A stretch of 64,000 bases of DNA, taken from assembly GCA_963828465.1 (NCBI GenBank), contig CAWHEU010000021.1:64001-128000 (forward strand). The letters are read 5' to 3'. This DNA comes from an uncultured Acidobacteriota bacterium (GTDB lineage Bacteria; Actinomycetota; Acidimicrobiia; Spongiisociales; ZC4RG35). The translations under genes were made by a program, and so were the position numbers. Within the stretch, counting starts at the first letter, position 1. The number at the start of each line of letters is the position of its first letter. The notes under the pieces were generated by a model, which had not been told where the DNA came from, made no database searches, and saw only the letters and a program-made list of their open reading frames with translations. Below, piece by piece: positions 9,228-19,849 of the stretch.

Positions 9228-10550
9228 ATGTCCCCAAGTCAGCAGCCCGCCCCCGCAACGGGGAAGCTCGGGATCCTCACCCCCGGGATGGGCGCAGTCG
9301 CCACCACGTTCATTGCGGGCGTTCTCGCCGCCCGGAAGGGGTATGCCCACCCGTTTGGCTCACTCACCCAGATGTCGCACATACGCCTTGGCAAGAGAAC
9401 GGACGGGCGGAACCCACTGATCAAGGATTTCGTGCCTCTCGCCGGGCTCGACGACCTCGAATTCGGCGGATGGGATCCCTTTTCCGACGATGCGTACACC
9501 TCTGCGATGAAAGCGGGCGTCCTGGACCCCAGGGACATCGAAGGGATTGGCGACGAACTGCGATCGGTCAAGCCGTACCCGGCGGTCTTCTCCAACCGGT
9601 GGGTGAAGAACCTCGATGGTGTCGACCAGGTGAACGATGCTGCCACCCACATGGACCTCGCCGAAGGCCTGATGGAGGACATCGACCGCTTCCGCGGCGA
9701 GAAGGCCGTGGACCGCCTGGTGATGGTCTGGTGCGGGTCGACCGAGGCCTACGAGGAGCCTTCCGAGGTCCACTCCGACCTGCAGACATTCGAGCAGGGC
9801 CTCAAGGACAACGACCCTGCAATCAGCCCTTCCCAGATCTACGCCTATGCCGCCCTCAAGATGAAGGTCCCGTTCGCCAACGGGGCACCCAATCTCACTG
9901 TGGACATCCCGGCCATGGTCGAGCTCGCCGCACTGGAAGGGGTCCCAATCTCAGGCAAAGACTTCAAGACGGGCCAGACGCTGATGAAGACGATGGTGGC
10001 CCCGGGGCTCAAGGTCCGGATGCTGGGCGTCAAGGGATGGTTCTCCACCAACATCCTCGGCAACCGAGACGGAGAGGTCCTCGACGACCCGGACAGCTTC
10101 CGATCCAAGGAGGTCTCCAAGCTCGGAGTTCTGGAGCAGATCCTCCAACCCGAGGTCTATCCGGAGCTGTATGGCGACCTGTACCACAAGGTGAGGATCA
10201 ACTACTACCCACCAAAGGGCGACGACAAGGAGGGGTGGGACAACATCGACATCTTCGGGTGGCTCGGGTACCCGATGCAGATAAAGATCGATTTTCTGTG
10301 CAAGGACTCGATCCTGGCCGCCCCCATCGTCCTCGACCTCGCACTGTTCATGGATCTCGCCGCACGCGCCGGTCGAAACGGCGTCCAGGAGTGGCTCTCC
10401 TTCTATTTCAAGAGCCCTCAGGCTGCCCCCGGCCTCTACGCCGAGAACGACCTGTTCATCCAGCACACCAAGCTAAAGAACAACCTGAGGCACATGATGG
10501 GCGAGGAGTTGATCACCCATCTCGGCACCGAGTACTACGAAGAGGGGTGA
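9228..10550 (+). CDS. ino1: inositol-3-phosphate synthase
   Basis: GMGAVATT, VWCGSTE, FANGAPN, GKDFKTGQT, NILGNRDG, DSILAAP, SFYFKSP. Confidence 0.95.
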   Translation: MSPSQQPAPATGKLGILTPGMGAVATTFIAGVLAARKGYAHPFGSLTQMSHIRLGKRTDGRNPLIKDFVPLAGLDDLEFGGWDPFSDDAYTSAMKAGVLDPRDIEGIGDELRSVKPYPAVFSNRWVKNLDGVDQVNDAATHMDLAEGLMEDIDRFRGEKAVDRLVMVWCGSTEAYEEPSEVHSDLQTFEQGLKDNDPAISPSQIYAYAALKMKVPFANGAPNLTVDIPAMVELAALEGVPISGKDFKTGQTLMKTMVAPGLKVRMLGVKGWFSTNILGNRDGEVLDDPDSFRSKEVSKLGVLEQILQPEVYPELYGDLYHKVRINYYPPKGDDKEGWDNIDIFGWLGYPMQIKIDFLCKDSILAAPIVLDLALFMDLAARAGRNGVQEWLSFYFKSPQAAPGLYAENDLFIQHTKLKNNLRHMMGEELITHLGTEYYEEG

Positions 10551-10954
10551 CCACTCGTGGGATCACCGTCGGATCCTGGCTGATCCCCGAGTCCGAGATC
10601 GAGGAGCGATTCGACACCTCGGGTGGCCCTGGCGGGCAGCACGCCAACAAGAACGAGACGGCGGTCACCCTTCGGGTGGAAATCGCCGCCTCGTCGCTGC
10701 CGGACGAGATCAAGGAGCGCCTCGGGCGCCGGTTGGGATCCCACGTCGAGGTGACGGCGTCGGACACCCGGTCACAATGGCGGAACCGCGAGATCGCCCG
10801 CGAGCGTCTCACCGAGCGGATCGAACGGGCATTGATCCAGCCGAAGCCGAGAAAGAAGACCAAGCCATCACCACAATCGAAGGAACGCCGGCTCGCCGAG
10901 AAGAGGTCGAGGTCGGCGATAAAAAAGGGCCGTCGGCCTCCCGACGCCGACTGA
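10547..10954 (+). CDS. arfB: alternative ribosome rescue peptidyl-tRNA hydrolase ArfB
   Basis: SGGPGGQHANK, RSQWRNR and a basic C-terminal tail; GTG overlaps the ino1 TGA. Confidence 0.93.
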   Translation: MTTRGITVGSWLIPESEIEERFDTSGGPGGQHANKNETAVTLRVEIAASSLPDEIKERLGRRLGSHVEVTASDTRSQWRNREIARERLTERIERALIQPKPRKKTKPSPQSKERRLAEKRSRSAIKKGRRPPDAD

Positions 10955-10987
10955 CATCCGGAGAAAACCGCCCGGAATGTCTTGCTG

Positions 10988-11001
10988 CGAACTGATGTTC
11001 G
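10988..11001. promoter_or_regulatory. LexA (SOS) box
   Basis: CGAAC-TGAT-GTTCG matches the actinobacterial CGAAC-N4-GTTCG consensus, upstream of the sigma factor. Confidence 0.75.
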
Positions 11002-11029
11002 AGTGATTGTGCAGAATCAGAGAGATCGT

Positions 11030-11968
11030 GTGAAAAGAGAAGACGCGACGCTGGTCGACGAGACCGGACGTCTCACCAGTGACTCCCTGAGCCAGTATCT
11101 GGCGGGGATCGGTGGGCGACCCCTGCTCACCGCTGAAGACGAGGTTCGGCTCGCTCAGGCCATGGAAGCCGGCGCCGAGGCGCGCCTCGCCCTCGATGAA
11201 GGCGTTGCCGACCCCGTCGAGCGATCGCGCCTCGAGCGCGTATCCCGCGAAGGACTGCGGGCTCGTCAGGACTTCATCCAGGCCAACCTCCGCCTCGTCG
11301 TGTCGAACGCCCGTCTCTACTCCGGGGCCAAGTTGGACATGCTCGACCTGATCCAGGAGGGGAACCTCGGCCTGATTCGGGCCGTGGAGAAGTTCGACTG
11401 GCGCAAGGGGTTCAAGTTCTCCACGTACGCAACCTGGTGGATTCGCCAGGCGCTTCAGCGTGCCCGCGCCGATCAGAGCGACGCCATCCGCATCCCCTCG
11501 GCTCTGTTCGACATCCTTCCCGTCGTTCGCGGCGCCGCCGAAGAGCTGCGGACCAAGCTCGACCGGGCACCGACCCACGAGGAGATCGCCGAAATCACAG
11601 GGATCGCCATCGGTGATGTCGACAAGGCACTGTCGGTTGCCACCACGGTCGCCCTCGAATCCCCGATTGGTGAAGACGGGGCGCTTCTCGGCGATTTCAT
11701 CGCCGACACCGAAGCTGTCGACCCGTCCACCGAGGTCGAGCAGCGAATCGTGGAGGAGCGCCTGCGGCAAAGCCTGGCCCATCTGTCCGATCTGCATCGG
11801 CAGGTGCTCGAGCTCAGGTTCGGGTTCGGCGACGGCGTTCCCGCCGCTTTCTCGACGGTTTCGAACATCACCGGTGTGCCGGAGGCCGAGGTGCGTGAGC
11901 TCGTGGCCGAGGCTCTAGTCCTGCTCGCCGCCGATCTCCGTGCCGTCGAGGACATGGTCGCTGCCTGA
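11030..11968 (+). CDS. sigma-70 family RNA polymerase sigma factor, group-2-like (start uncertain, 10982-11030)
   Basis: Region 1.2 DSLSQYL...LLTAEDE; region 2 [38 protein letters not shown]; region 4 divergent. Confidence 0.92.
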   Translation: MKREDATLVDETGRLTSDSLSQYLAGIGGRPLLTAEDEVRLAQAMEAGAEARLALDEGVADPVERSRLERVSREGLRARQDFIQANLRLVVSNARLYSGAKLDMLDLIQEGNLGLIRAVEKFDWRKGFKFSTYATWWIRQALQRARADQSDAIRIPSALFDILPVVRGAAEELRTKLDRAPTHEEIAEITGIAIGDVDKALSVATTVALESPIGEDGALLGDFIADTEAVDPSTEVEQRIVEERLRQSLAHLSDLHRQVLELRFGFGDGVPAAFSTVSNITGVPEAEVRELVAEALVLLAADLRAVEDMVAA

Positions 11969-12043
11969 CGCGGGGCCCGAGATCGGCAAATCCACCGGAG
12001 CCCGACCGATCTGGCCGTCGTCGATTTGACCTAACGTCGAGTC

Positions 12044-12694
12044 ATGGCAGAGATGACCCCCGAGACCTGGGATTTCATCAACGAGTACTCGCGGGACGTA
12101 TTCGGCGACCAGGACGAGCATCTGGCCGGCCTCATGGACGAGGCGACGGCCGCCGGCCTCCCTGCCATCGCGGTGGGGCCCGACGTCGGCCGATTGCTGA
12201 TGATCCTCACCTCGATGACAAAGGGCAGGCTGGCTATCGAGGTCGGGACCCTGGCCGGGTACTCAGGGATCTGGATCACCCGTGGGCTGGCTCCCGATGG
12301 CCGGCTGATCACGATCGAGTACGAGCCGCGGCACGCCGATTTCGCCCAACGACAGTTCGAGCGCGCCGGACTGGCAGATCGCGTTGACCTCAGACGGGGC
12401 GCAGGCCTGGCTGTGCTGTCCGACCTGAGCCAGGAGCTGGAGCCAGGAAGCGTGGACTTGCTGTTCATCGACGCCCACAAGCCGGAGTACATCGATTACT
12501 TCGAGAGAACCAGGCCCCTTGTCGCCGTTGGCGGCCTGGTCATCGCCGACAATGTCTATGGCATCGGCACCGGGTGGATCGACCAGGGATACGGCACCGA
12601 CGAGTTCAACCGTCATATCGCCGCCGACCCCGAGTTCGAGGCAGCGGCATTCCCGTTCCGCGAGGGCGTCCTCGTCGCCCGACGGATCAGCTGA
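12044..12694 (+). CDS. O-methyltransferase (methyltransferase_3 family)
   Basis: IEVGTLAGYS, FIDAHK, GGLVIADN. Confidence 0.9.
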   Translation: MAEMTPETWDFINEYSRDVFGDQDEHLAGLMDEATAAGLPAIAVGPDVGRLLMILTSMTKGRLAIEVGTLAGYSGIWITRGLAPDGRLITIEYEPRHADFAQRQFERAGLADRVDLRRGAGLAVLSDLSQELEPGSVDLLFIDAHKPEYIDYFERTRPLVAVGGLVIADNVYGIGTGWIDQGYGTDEFNRHIAADPEFEAAAFPFREGVLVARRIS

Positions 12695-13878
12695 ATAAGC
12701 GAGCGGCCTCGTCGCGATCGGGTTTTCCCATCGGTGTCATGGGAAGTCCTGCGACCTGCCGCCAGCGCTTGGGGATCATGAAGCCGGGCAGAATCTGCCT
12801 CAATGCGGTCTCGACCTGGGCTGGATTCGCCTGCCCGACATAGAGACACACCACCTCCATCCCCCACTCTTCGCTGGTCAGGCCGGCCACTAAGGCTTCA
12901 TGGACACCCTCTACCCGGAGCAGAGCCGCTTCGACAACGGCCGGATCGATGTTCTCACCACCACTGACGATGATCGTGTCGGCGCGCCCTGTCACCCGAA
13001 GCGCCCCGTCGTCATCGATCGTCCCCAGGTCCCCCGTGACCAACCAGTCCTCGGCACCCCGATCAGGCTCCCCGACATAGCCAGGGCTGAGCATCGGGCC
13101 GCGGACCGCGATCCGGTCGTCGGGATCGATACGGATGTTGACTCCGGGCAGCGGATGAGCCTTGTTCTCGAGAGGCGCTCCCGGTTTTAGCGTCGCTACC
13201 TGACCGGCGGTCTCGGTGAGGCCATAGGTTGGAAGCACCGGAAGCCCCGCCGCACCGGCTCGATCCAATACGCGATCGGGGATAGGTCCTCCGCCGAGGA
13301 GAACCGCCCTGAGGCCGTCATACGGCCCCGGGTCGACGTCGAGAACCCGGCTCACCATGGTCGGCACCATCGAGGCAACGGTGACCCCCCGCCGGAGATG
13401 GGTGGCAAATGTGACGGGGTCAAAGCCGGGGAGCATGCGCACGCACTCCACCCGCGTAGGCCGACCTGACGAGGATCGAGAGCCCGGCCACATGATGGAG
13501 GGGCAGGGCGAGCAGCCAGGTGTCGGCAGGCCCGTGACCTAGATGCTGCATCGAGGCACTGGCGGCCGCCTCCCAATTGTCGATCGTCAGGCGCACGCCC
13601 TTGGGCCGCCCCGAGGTCCCCGAGGTGAAGAGCACCGAGGCGGCATCGGAGGGCTCGATGGCGGCCGTCTCAACAGTGCCAGTGACGACCGCCGAGCCCT
13701 TGGACATCACCGCCAGCAGGTCTATCACCGATTGGATGTCGAGACCCGGCCGTACCACCTCGATGCCATCCACCGGGCGGTCCCTGACGGCATCGGCGAT
13801 CTCCCCGAAGGTCAGTGTGTCGTCGGGGGTCTCGATGAACACCCGCGCCGGGTCGTGTCGCCTCAGCCAGTCGAGCAT
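12687..13878 (-). CDS. menE: o-succinylbenzoate-CoA ligase, frameshifted near 13445
   Basis: FTSGTSGRPKG, LPLHHVAG, TYGLTET, TGDLG, SGGENI, GKPDR; divergent from menB. Confidence 0.85.
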
Positions 13879-13924
13879 GCGCCGCGAATCTTCACACGAC
13901 GATTCTGCCTCTTATCCTCCGCCG

Positions 13925-14824
13925 GTGATCTCCGCGCTGTTCGACGAATCATCATGGGATCAGGTGCCGGGATTCGAGTTCTCCGACATCACGTATCACA
14001 AGGCGATCGGGCATGGTGTGGTTCGGATCGCCTTCGATCGACCCGAAGTGCGGAACGCATTCCGACCGCACACCGTCGATGAGTTGTTTGCCGCCCTCGA
14101 CCATGCACGCCAGTCACCCAAGGTCGGGTGTGTCCTCCTCACCGGGAACGGCCCATCTCCCAAGGACGGGGGGTGGGCGTTTTGTTCGGGTGGCGACCAG
14201 AGGATCAGGGGCCGTGACGGCTACAAGTACGCCGACGGGGATGCAAACGAGACGGTGGATTCCGCGCGACTGGGCCGCCTCCACATCCTCGAAGTGCAGC
14301 GTCTCATCAGGTTCATGCCCAAGATCGTGATCGCCGTCGTACCGGGATGGGCCGTCGGAGGAGGTCACTCACTCCACGTCGTCTGCGATCTGACCCTCGC
14401 CTCTGAGGAGCACGCCATCTTCAAGCAGACCGATGCCGATGTCGCCTCCTATGACGCCGGGTACGGCTCTGCCTATCTGGCCCGGCAGATCGGCCAGAAG
14501 CGAGCCCGGGAGGTCTTTTTCCTGGGGCGCGAGTACTCGGCGGCGGAGGCGTACGAGATGGGAATGGTCAACGCCGTGGTGCCCCATTCCGAGTTGGAGA
14601 CGGTCGCTCTCGAGTGGGCCCAGGAGGTCATGTCGAAGAGCCCCACGGCCCAACGCATGCTCAAATTCGCCTTCAATCTGATCGACGATGGATTGGTCGG
14701 CCAGCAGATCTTCGCCGGAGAGGCGACCCGTCTCGGCTACATGACTGACGAGGCCCGGGAGGGGCGTGACGCGTTCCTGGAGAAGCGGGAGCCCGATTTC
14801 GGTCAATATCCCTGGCATTTCTGA
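13925..14824 (+). CDS. menB: 1,4-dihydroxy-2-naphthoyl-CoA synthase
   Basis: RPEVRNAFRP, AFCSGGDQ, GGGHSLH, SYDAGYG. Confidence 0.97.
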   Translation: MISALFDESSWDQVPGFEFSDITYHKAIGHGVVRIAFDRPEVRNAFRPHTVDELFAALDHARQSPKVGCVLLTGNGPSPKDGGWAFCSGGDQRIRGRDGYKYADGDANETVDSARLGRLHILEVQRLIRFMPKIVIAVVPGWAVGGGHSLHVVCDLTLASEEHAIFKQTDADVASYDAGYGSAYLARQIGQKRAREVFFLGREYSAAEAYEMGMVNAVVPHSELETVALEWAQEVMSKSPTAQRMLKFAFNLIDDGLVGQQIFAGEATRLGYMTDEAREGRDAFLEKREPDFGQYPWHF

Positions 14825-14828
14825 CCCC

Positions 14829-15707
14829 GTGACCACATTCCAGGCCTGGAAGACGGCAGCCCGCGTCCACACTCTCCCCGCGGCCGTGGTGCCGGTTGTG
14901 GTCGGCTCGGCCCTCGCCCAGTCAGATGGCGTGTTCCGTTGGGACGTCTTTCTCTATGCCCTGTTGGCCACGGTCGCAATCCAGGTGGCGGCCAATTTCG
15001 CCAACGACGTCTCGGATGCGCGCCGGGGGGCAGATACCGGTGACCGGGTGGGTCCGCCGAGGATGGTTGCCCTGGGACAGATCACGGCGAGGCAGATGTG
15101 GGTCGGAGTGGTGGCGGCACTGGTGATAGCCGCCGGCGCCGGCATCGCGCTCGCAGTGATCGGCGGACCGGTGATCCTGGTCATCGGCGTGGTGTCCGTC
15201 ATCGCGATGCTCGGCTACGTCGGTGGCCCATTCCCGTACGGGTACCGGGGGCTCGGGGAGGTGTTCGTCTTCCTCTTCTTCGGCGTGGTGGCCACGGTGG
15301 GCAGCCGATACATCTATGACATGACAGCGCCGCTCCCGGCGTGGCTCCTCTCGATCCCGATTGGTCTGCTGGCGGCGGCGATCCTCGTGGTCAACAACTA
15401 CCGCGACCTCGACACCGATCGGGCGGCAGGAAAACGGACACTGGCCGTGATCATCGGACCGGACAAAACGAGGACGCTGTTCGTCACGCTGGTCTACGGC
15501 GCCTTCTTCCTGATCGCCGTGTTCGCCGTGCTGCGATGGACCCCATTCCCCACGATCTTCGCCGCCCTGATCGCTCCTTACGCCATGGGCCCGGTGCGGA
15601 TCATCTATGGCAAGAGCGACGGCCCCGCTCTGATCCGTGCATTGAAAATGACTGCCCGTCTCCACCTGTGGACCGGGTTGGTGATCGCAGCCGGCGTGCT
15701 GATCTGA
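14829..15707 (+). CDS. menA: DHNA polyprenyltransferase
   Basis: ARVHTLPAA, NFANDVSD, GLGEVFVFLFFG, NNYRDLDTD...GKRTLAV. Confidence 0.95.
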   Translation: MTTFQAWKTAARVHTLPAAVVPVVVGSALAQSDGVFRWDVFLYALLATVAIQVAANFANDVSDARRGADTGDRVGPPRMVALGQITARQMWVGVVAALVIAAGAGIALAVIGGPVILVIGVVSVIAMLGYVGGPFPYGYRGLGEVFVFLFFGVVATVGSRYIYDMTAPLPAWLLSIPIGLLAAAILVVNNYRDLDTDRAAGKRTLAVIIGPDKTRTLFVTLVYGAFFLIAVFAVLRWTPFPTIFAALIAPYAMGPVRIIYGKSDGPALIRALKMTARLHLWTGLVIAAGVLI

Positions 15708-15744
15708 GTGGAACCGTTGGGGAGTGCGTAGCGTCGAAAGGACC

Positions 15745-16191
15745 ATGAGAAGAGCAATTGCCCTCGCCGCCATCCTTGCCATCGCCCTCACTGCCTGCGC
15801 CGACCCCGGCGAGGAGGGTGCATCCGATCCGACGGCCAACGCCTGGGTCCTCGAGGCCGGCACGCTCGACGGAGCCGACATCCCGATCGTCGACGGGTTC
15901 CCGATCACACTGATCTTCGACCAGCCGGAGGGGACCGCCGGGGGAAAGTCGGCCTGCAACCAGTGGTTTGGGGGTTACACCCTGTCCGGGAACGAACTGA
16001 CCTTCACCGATCTCGGCGGGACCATGATGGCCTGTGTCGACGAAGGGGTGATGGAATCTGAGGCGGCATTTCTCGACGCCATGGGCCAGGTGGAGCTATT
16101 CACCATCGAGGGTGACGAGTTGAACCTGACCGGCGAGGCCGTGGACCTTCTCTTCGTGGTCGACGAGACAGCCACCACGACCACCTCCTGA
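15745..16191 (+). CDS. META-domain lipoprotein
   Basis: Lipobox LTAC; GKSACNQWFGGY and TMMAC. Confidence 0.85.
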   Translation: MRRAIALAAILAIALTACADPGEEGASDPTANAWVLEAGTLDGADIPIVDGFPITLIFDQPEGTAGGKSACNQWFGGYTLSGNELTFTDLGGTMMACVDEGVMESEAAFLDAMGQVELFTIEGDELNLTGEAVDLLFVVDETATTTTS

Positions 16192-16201
16192 TCCGTCGCC
16201 G

Positions 16202-16976
16202 ATGAGGAGCCGGCGTTTCGCCACACTGGGCTGTGTGATCGCCTTGCTCGCCGGCTGTGCCGAGGCCAGAACGGTACGCCGGCTGCGGAACTGACCGATG
16301 TTCCCTGGGAATTGGTCTCAGGCACGGTCGACGGTTCAACCATCCCCTGGTCGACGGACTCCCCAATCACGCTGACCATCGTCGAAGGGCACCGCGACCG
16401 GCACCGCCGCCTGCAACGGATACGGAGCGACAGTCACCACCTCTGGCGCCGATGATCACATTCTCAGGACTGGGCGGCGACCGAGATGGCCTGCTCACCC
16501 GAAGGTCATGGAATCGGAGAGGGCGGTACCTCGAGTCTCTTCCCCGGGTGGAGACATGGTCGAGCACAGAGGGCAACCTCACCCTCAGCGGCGACGGAGT
16601 CGAGTTGCTGTTCCAGGCGCTTCCGCCAGTCCCCACCGCCGAGCTGACTGGGATGGTCTGGGTGCTGGAAAGCCTCGTCGACGGAGACTCTGTCTCGAGC
16701 GTCGGCGGCGAGCGGGCCACCCTGGAACTGTTCAGTGACAACTCGATGCTCGGCTCCACCGGCTGCCGTGATCTCCACGGACGATATGAAACGACAGGTG
16801 CCGACGTGACGATGCCGGAAATGGCTGCCGAAGGCGACTGCCCGCCAGATCTCCAGGCTCAGGACAGCCACGTGATCACGGTGCTCGGCGACGGGTTCCG
16901 GGCATCCGTGGAGGGGCAGGTGCTGAACCTCTCGTCGTCTGGCGGTCTGGGCCTGGTCTACCGAGCCGAGCCCTGA
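16202..16976 (+). CDS. tandem META-domain lipoprotein with several frameshifts
   Basis: Lipobox LAGC at the start; GTAACNGY and EMAC fragments; intact second domain WVLESL...GSTGCR. Confidence 0.7.
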
Positions 16977-17035
16977 TCCAGTCGTTCTAAAAGCCATCAC
17001 TATGGTTGAAAGAAACCGGAGCGAAAGGAACGCCG

Positions 17036-18577
17036 ATGGCCGAGACGAAGGTGACCGGGCCGGACCTGGTCGACGACGGCATCCCGTTGGACTCCCTGAC
17101 CTTGAACGAACCGGTCAAGGGCCAGGTCGACGGGAAGCAGGTCATCGTGGTCCGCACCGAGAGCGGTTTGTGCGCCGTCGCCGGGCATTGCAGCCACTAC
17201 GGAGGCCCTCTCGGTGATGGCCTGTGCGTCGACGGCCAGGTGCACTGCCCCTGGCATCACGCAACGTTCGACCTGACAACCGGTGAAGCCGTCGGGGCAC
17301 CAGCCCTCAACCGGCTCAAGGTGTACCAACCGGCAGAGCGAGACGGTCGCGTCTTTGTCACCGGTCCCATCGAATCTCCCGCTCCCGATCGGCAGCCCCT
17401 GGTAACACCCGAGTCAGTCGTGATTGTGGGAGCCGGGGCCGCCGGTGCTGCCGCCGCAGAGATGCTTCGTCGGCTCGGCTACAAGGGATCGGTGTCGATG
17501 ATCGGTCTCGAGGCGCCTGTCGATCGGCCCAATGTCTCCAAGGACTATCTGGCGGGAACGGCGCCCGAGGACTGGATGCCGTTGCGGAGCCCGGATTTCT
17601 ACGAGAAGCACGACATCACGCTCATCACCGGGGTCGAGGTCACGGCGATCGATGCCGGTGAGCGGACGGTGGCGCTTGAAGACGGGCGGAGCATCGCGTA
17701 CGAGGCGTTACTCCTCGCACCGGGAGCGGAGCCGAAGCGCCTCCCCACACCCGGAGCGGACCAAGACCACGTCCATTACCTCCGGACACTCGAGGACAGC
17801 CGCTCGATCATCGCTGCTCTGGAGGGGACAGACAATGCTGTCGTAATCGGAACCGGGTTCATCGGGTTGGAAGTCGCTGCGTCGCTGCGCCAGCGTGACG
17901 TGGCGGTGACCGTGGTGGCGCCAGAGGAGGTGCCACTGGTGCCAATCATCGGCGAGAAGCTGGGCCGCTTCGTCCAGGATCTCCACGAGGAGCACGGCGT
18001 CGAGTTCCGTCTGGGTCACACGGTGGCGGAGATCAAGGAAAAGGAGGTCGTGCTCGACGACGGGAAGGCCGTCCCTGCCGACCTGGTGGTGATCGGTGTC
18101 GGCGTGGTTCCCAACACCGGTTTGGCCGAGCAGGCCGGGCTCAACGTCGATAACGGGGTCGTGGTCGACGATCGTCTCCGGACCAGCGATCCCAACATCT
18201 GGGCGGCCGGCGACGTCGCCTCTTATCCCGATCAGAACGCGGGCCGGGTTCGGATCGAGCACTGGGTGCTGGCTCAGCGACAAGGGCAAGCAGCAGCCCG
18301 GAACATCCTCGGGCATGACACCCCATTCACAGATCCCCCGTTCTTCTGGAGCCAGCACTACGACATCCCAATCAACGTCGTCGGCAACGCCAAGGAATGG
18401 GACGAGGAGATCGTCCGGGGCGAGGCAGCGGACCATGACGTGATGGTCGGCTATCGAAAGGATGGCTCCATCCAGGCCGTGGCCTCGATCTATCGGGACC
18501 TGGAATCGTTACGCGCCGAGTACGCGTTGGCCAACCAGGATCAAGAGGCGCTGCAGGAGCTCTTCGGCGAGGGTTGA
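17036..18577 (+). CDS. Rieske 2Fe-2S plus FAD-dependent pyridine nucleotide oxidoreductase fusion
   Basis: CSHYG...CPWH Rieske motif; GAGAAG, GTGFIGLE, WAAGD, PFFWSQHY. Confidence 0.93.
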   Translation: MAETKVTGPDLVDDGIPLDSLTLNEPVKGQVDGKQVIVVRTESGLCAVAGHCSHYGGPLGDGLCVDGQVHCPWHHATFDLTTGEAVGAPALNRLKVYQPAERDGRVFVTGPIESPAPDRQPLVTPESVVIVGAGAAGAAAAEMLRRLGYKGSVSMIGLEAPVDRPNVSKDYLAGTAPEDWMPLRSPDFYEKHDITLITGVEVTAIDAGERTVALEDGRSIAYEALLLAPGAEPKRLPTPGADQDHVHYLRTLEDSRSIIAALEGTDNAVVIGTGFIGLEVAASLRQRDVAVTVVAPEEVPLVPIIGEKLGRFVQDLHEEHGVEFRLGHTVAEIKEKEVVLDDGKAVPADLVVIGVGVVPNTGLAEQAGLNVDNGVVVDDRLRTSDPNIWAAGDVASYPDQNAGRVRIEHWVLAQRQGQAAARNILGHDTPFTDPPFFWSQHYDIPINVVGNAKEWDEEIVRGEAADHDVMVGYRKDGSIQAVASIYRDLESLRAEYALANQDQEALQELFGEG

Positions 18578-18628
18578 AGCGGCCGAGATTTCGCAGATTT
18601 CTTTTGTGGATGGCGTGTTTCTGACCCA

Positions 18629-18654
18629 TTTCTGTCACCGGCTCCCGATACGTT
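18629..18654 (+). promoter_or_regulatory. PafBC/RecA-NDp-type promoter of the DUF222-HNH gene
   Basis: TTTCTGTC-N11-ATACGTT (TGTC-N12-TACGTT), with an ATG 7 nt downstream. Confidence 0.6.
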
Positions 18655-18661
18655 GGGTGAC

Positions 18662-19801
18662 ATGGAGAGGGATGTATTCGAGTGATCAGGCGGATGCGGG
18701 GATTGGCCATTTTCTGGTCTTGGCGGCGGCGCTGGCGCCGATTGTGAATGGATTATCGAGGCGGATCGGGGTCAACGGTTCCTGGCGGATGGGGCACGGA
18801 ATCTTCCAGAATGGGTTTCGGCCCGATTTGGCCTGCGGCATTCGACTGCGGCGCAGTTGGTTCGGGTGGCGCGGAGACTGGAGGATCTGCCTGTCTTGCG
18901 TTCCCGGTTTGCGGCTGGTGAGTTGTCGTTGGATCAGGTGGATTCGATTTCGAAGCTGGCGACTGCGGAGACCGAGGAAGCGGTGATTTCCGAGTGTTCG
19001 GGTTTGTCGAATGCGGCCCTGGATCGTGCCGCCCGCCGGGCCAATCCTGCCATCTACTGAGGATGCGGTCGATGTCCTGGCGGGTGCGTTGGTTGTCGAT
19101 CCAATACACCCTGGATGGGATCAGAGGCAATCTTCACGCCGATCTGCCCGGTCCCGACCTGGCCCAGGTGGAATCAGCGATCCGAGAGAAAGCGGACGAA
19201 ATACCGGTGAATCCAGAGTCGGGGATGTTCGATCCGTATCCGCAGCGGATGGCCGACGGATCTAGTCGAACTCTGTTCCACCACCGGAGATGAGAACGGT
19301 TCGGCTCCAACTCAAATCGTGGTTCATGCCGATCTCGACGCGCTGATCGAGAACTCTGAGACCGGAGTGGCCGAGATCGAGGGTGGTCCGGTCATCGCCA
19401 ATGAGACGGCCCGCCGATTGTCCTGTGATCCGATCCTCCAATGTGCCGTCTATGACCACAGGAAAGTGCTCGGGATCGGTCGGAGATCGAGGCTGATCCC
19501 GGCCTGGTTACGTCACCAGCTCTGGCATCGGGACGGGAACTGTCGGTGGCCTGGCTGTCCGTTCAAAGGTTGGCTCCACGCCCATCACAAGACCCATTGG
19601 GCCGATGGCGGACCGACCGATCTGGACAATCTCATCCTCTTATGTGGCTACCACCACCGGTTCTTACATGAACACGGATGGACGATCGAAAACGACGGAT
19701 ACGGCAAACCGGTCTTCCGACGACCCGACGGACGCATCTACCCACCGGCCCGACCCGTACTCGACCCCCGACTCCGGCAACTCGTCGGACAACGAACCTA
19801 G
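18662..19801 (+). mobile_element. DUF222 / HNH endonuclease (13E12-repeat-like) gene with multiple frameshifts
   Basis: Fragments RVARRLEDLP...GELSLDQV, QRMADG, VHADL, ARRLSCD, RDGNCRWPGC, HHKTHWADGGPTDLDNLILLCGYHH. Confidence 0.85.
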
Positions 19802-19849
19802 GGGCCACGCCCCCACCACCGCCTCACTCCGGCTTCGTACCCTCTGAGC

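Noticed and set aside
8906-10546. 682-aa ORF as an N-terminally extended ArfB
   Set aside because: It is an off-frame overlap of ino1, typical of high-GC DNA. Only 10547-10954 has ArfB motifs.
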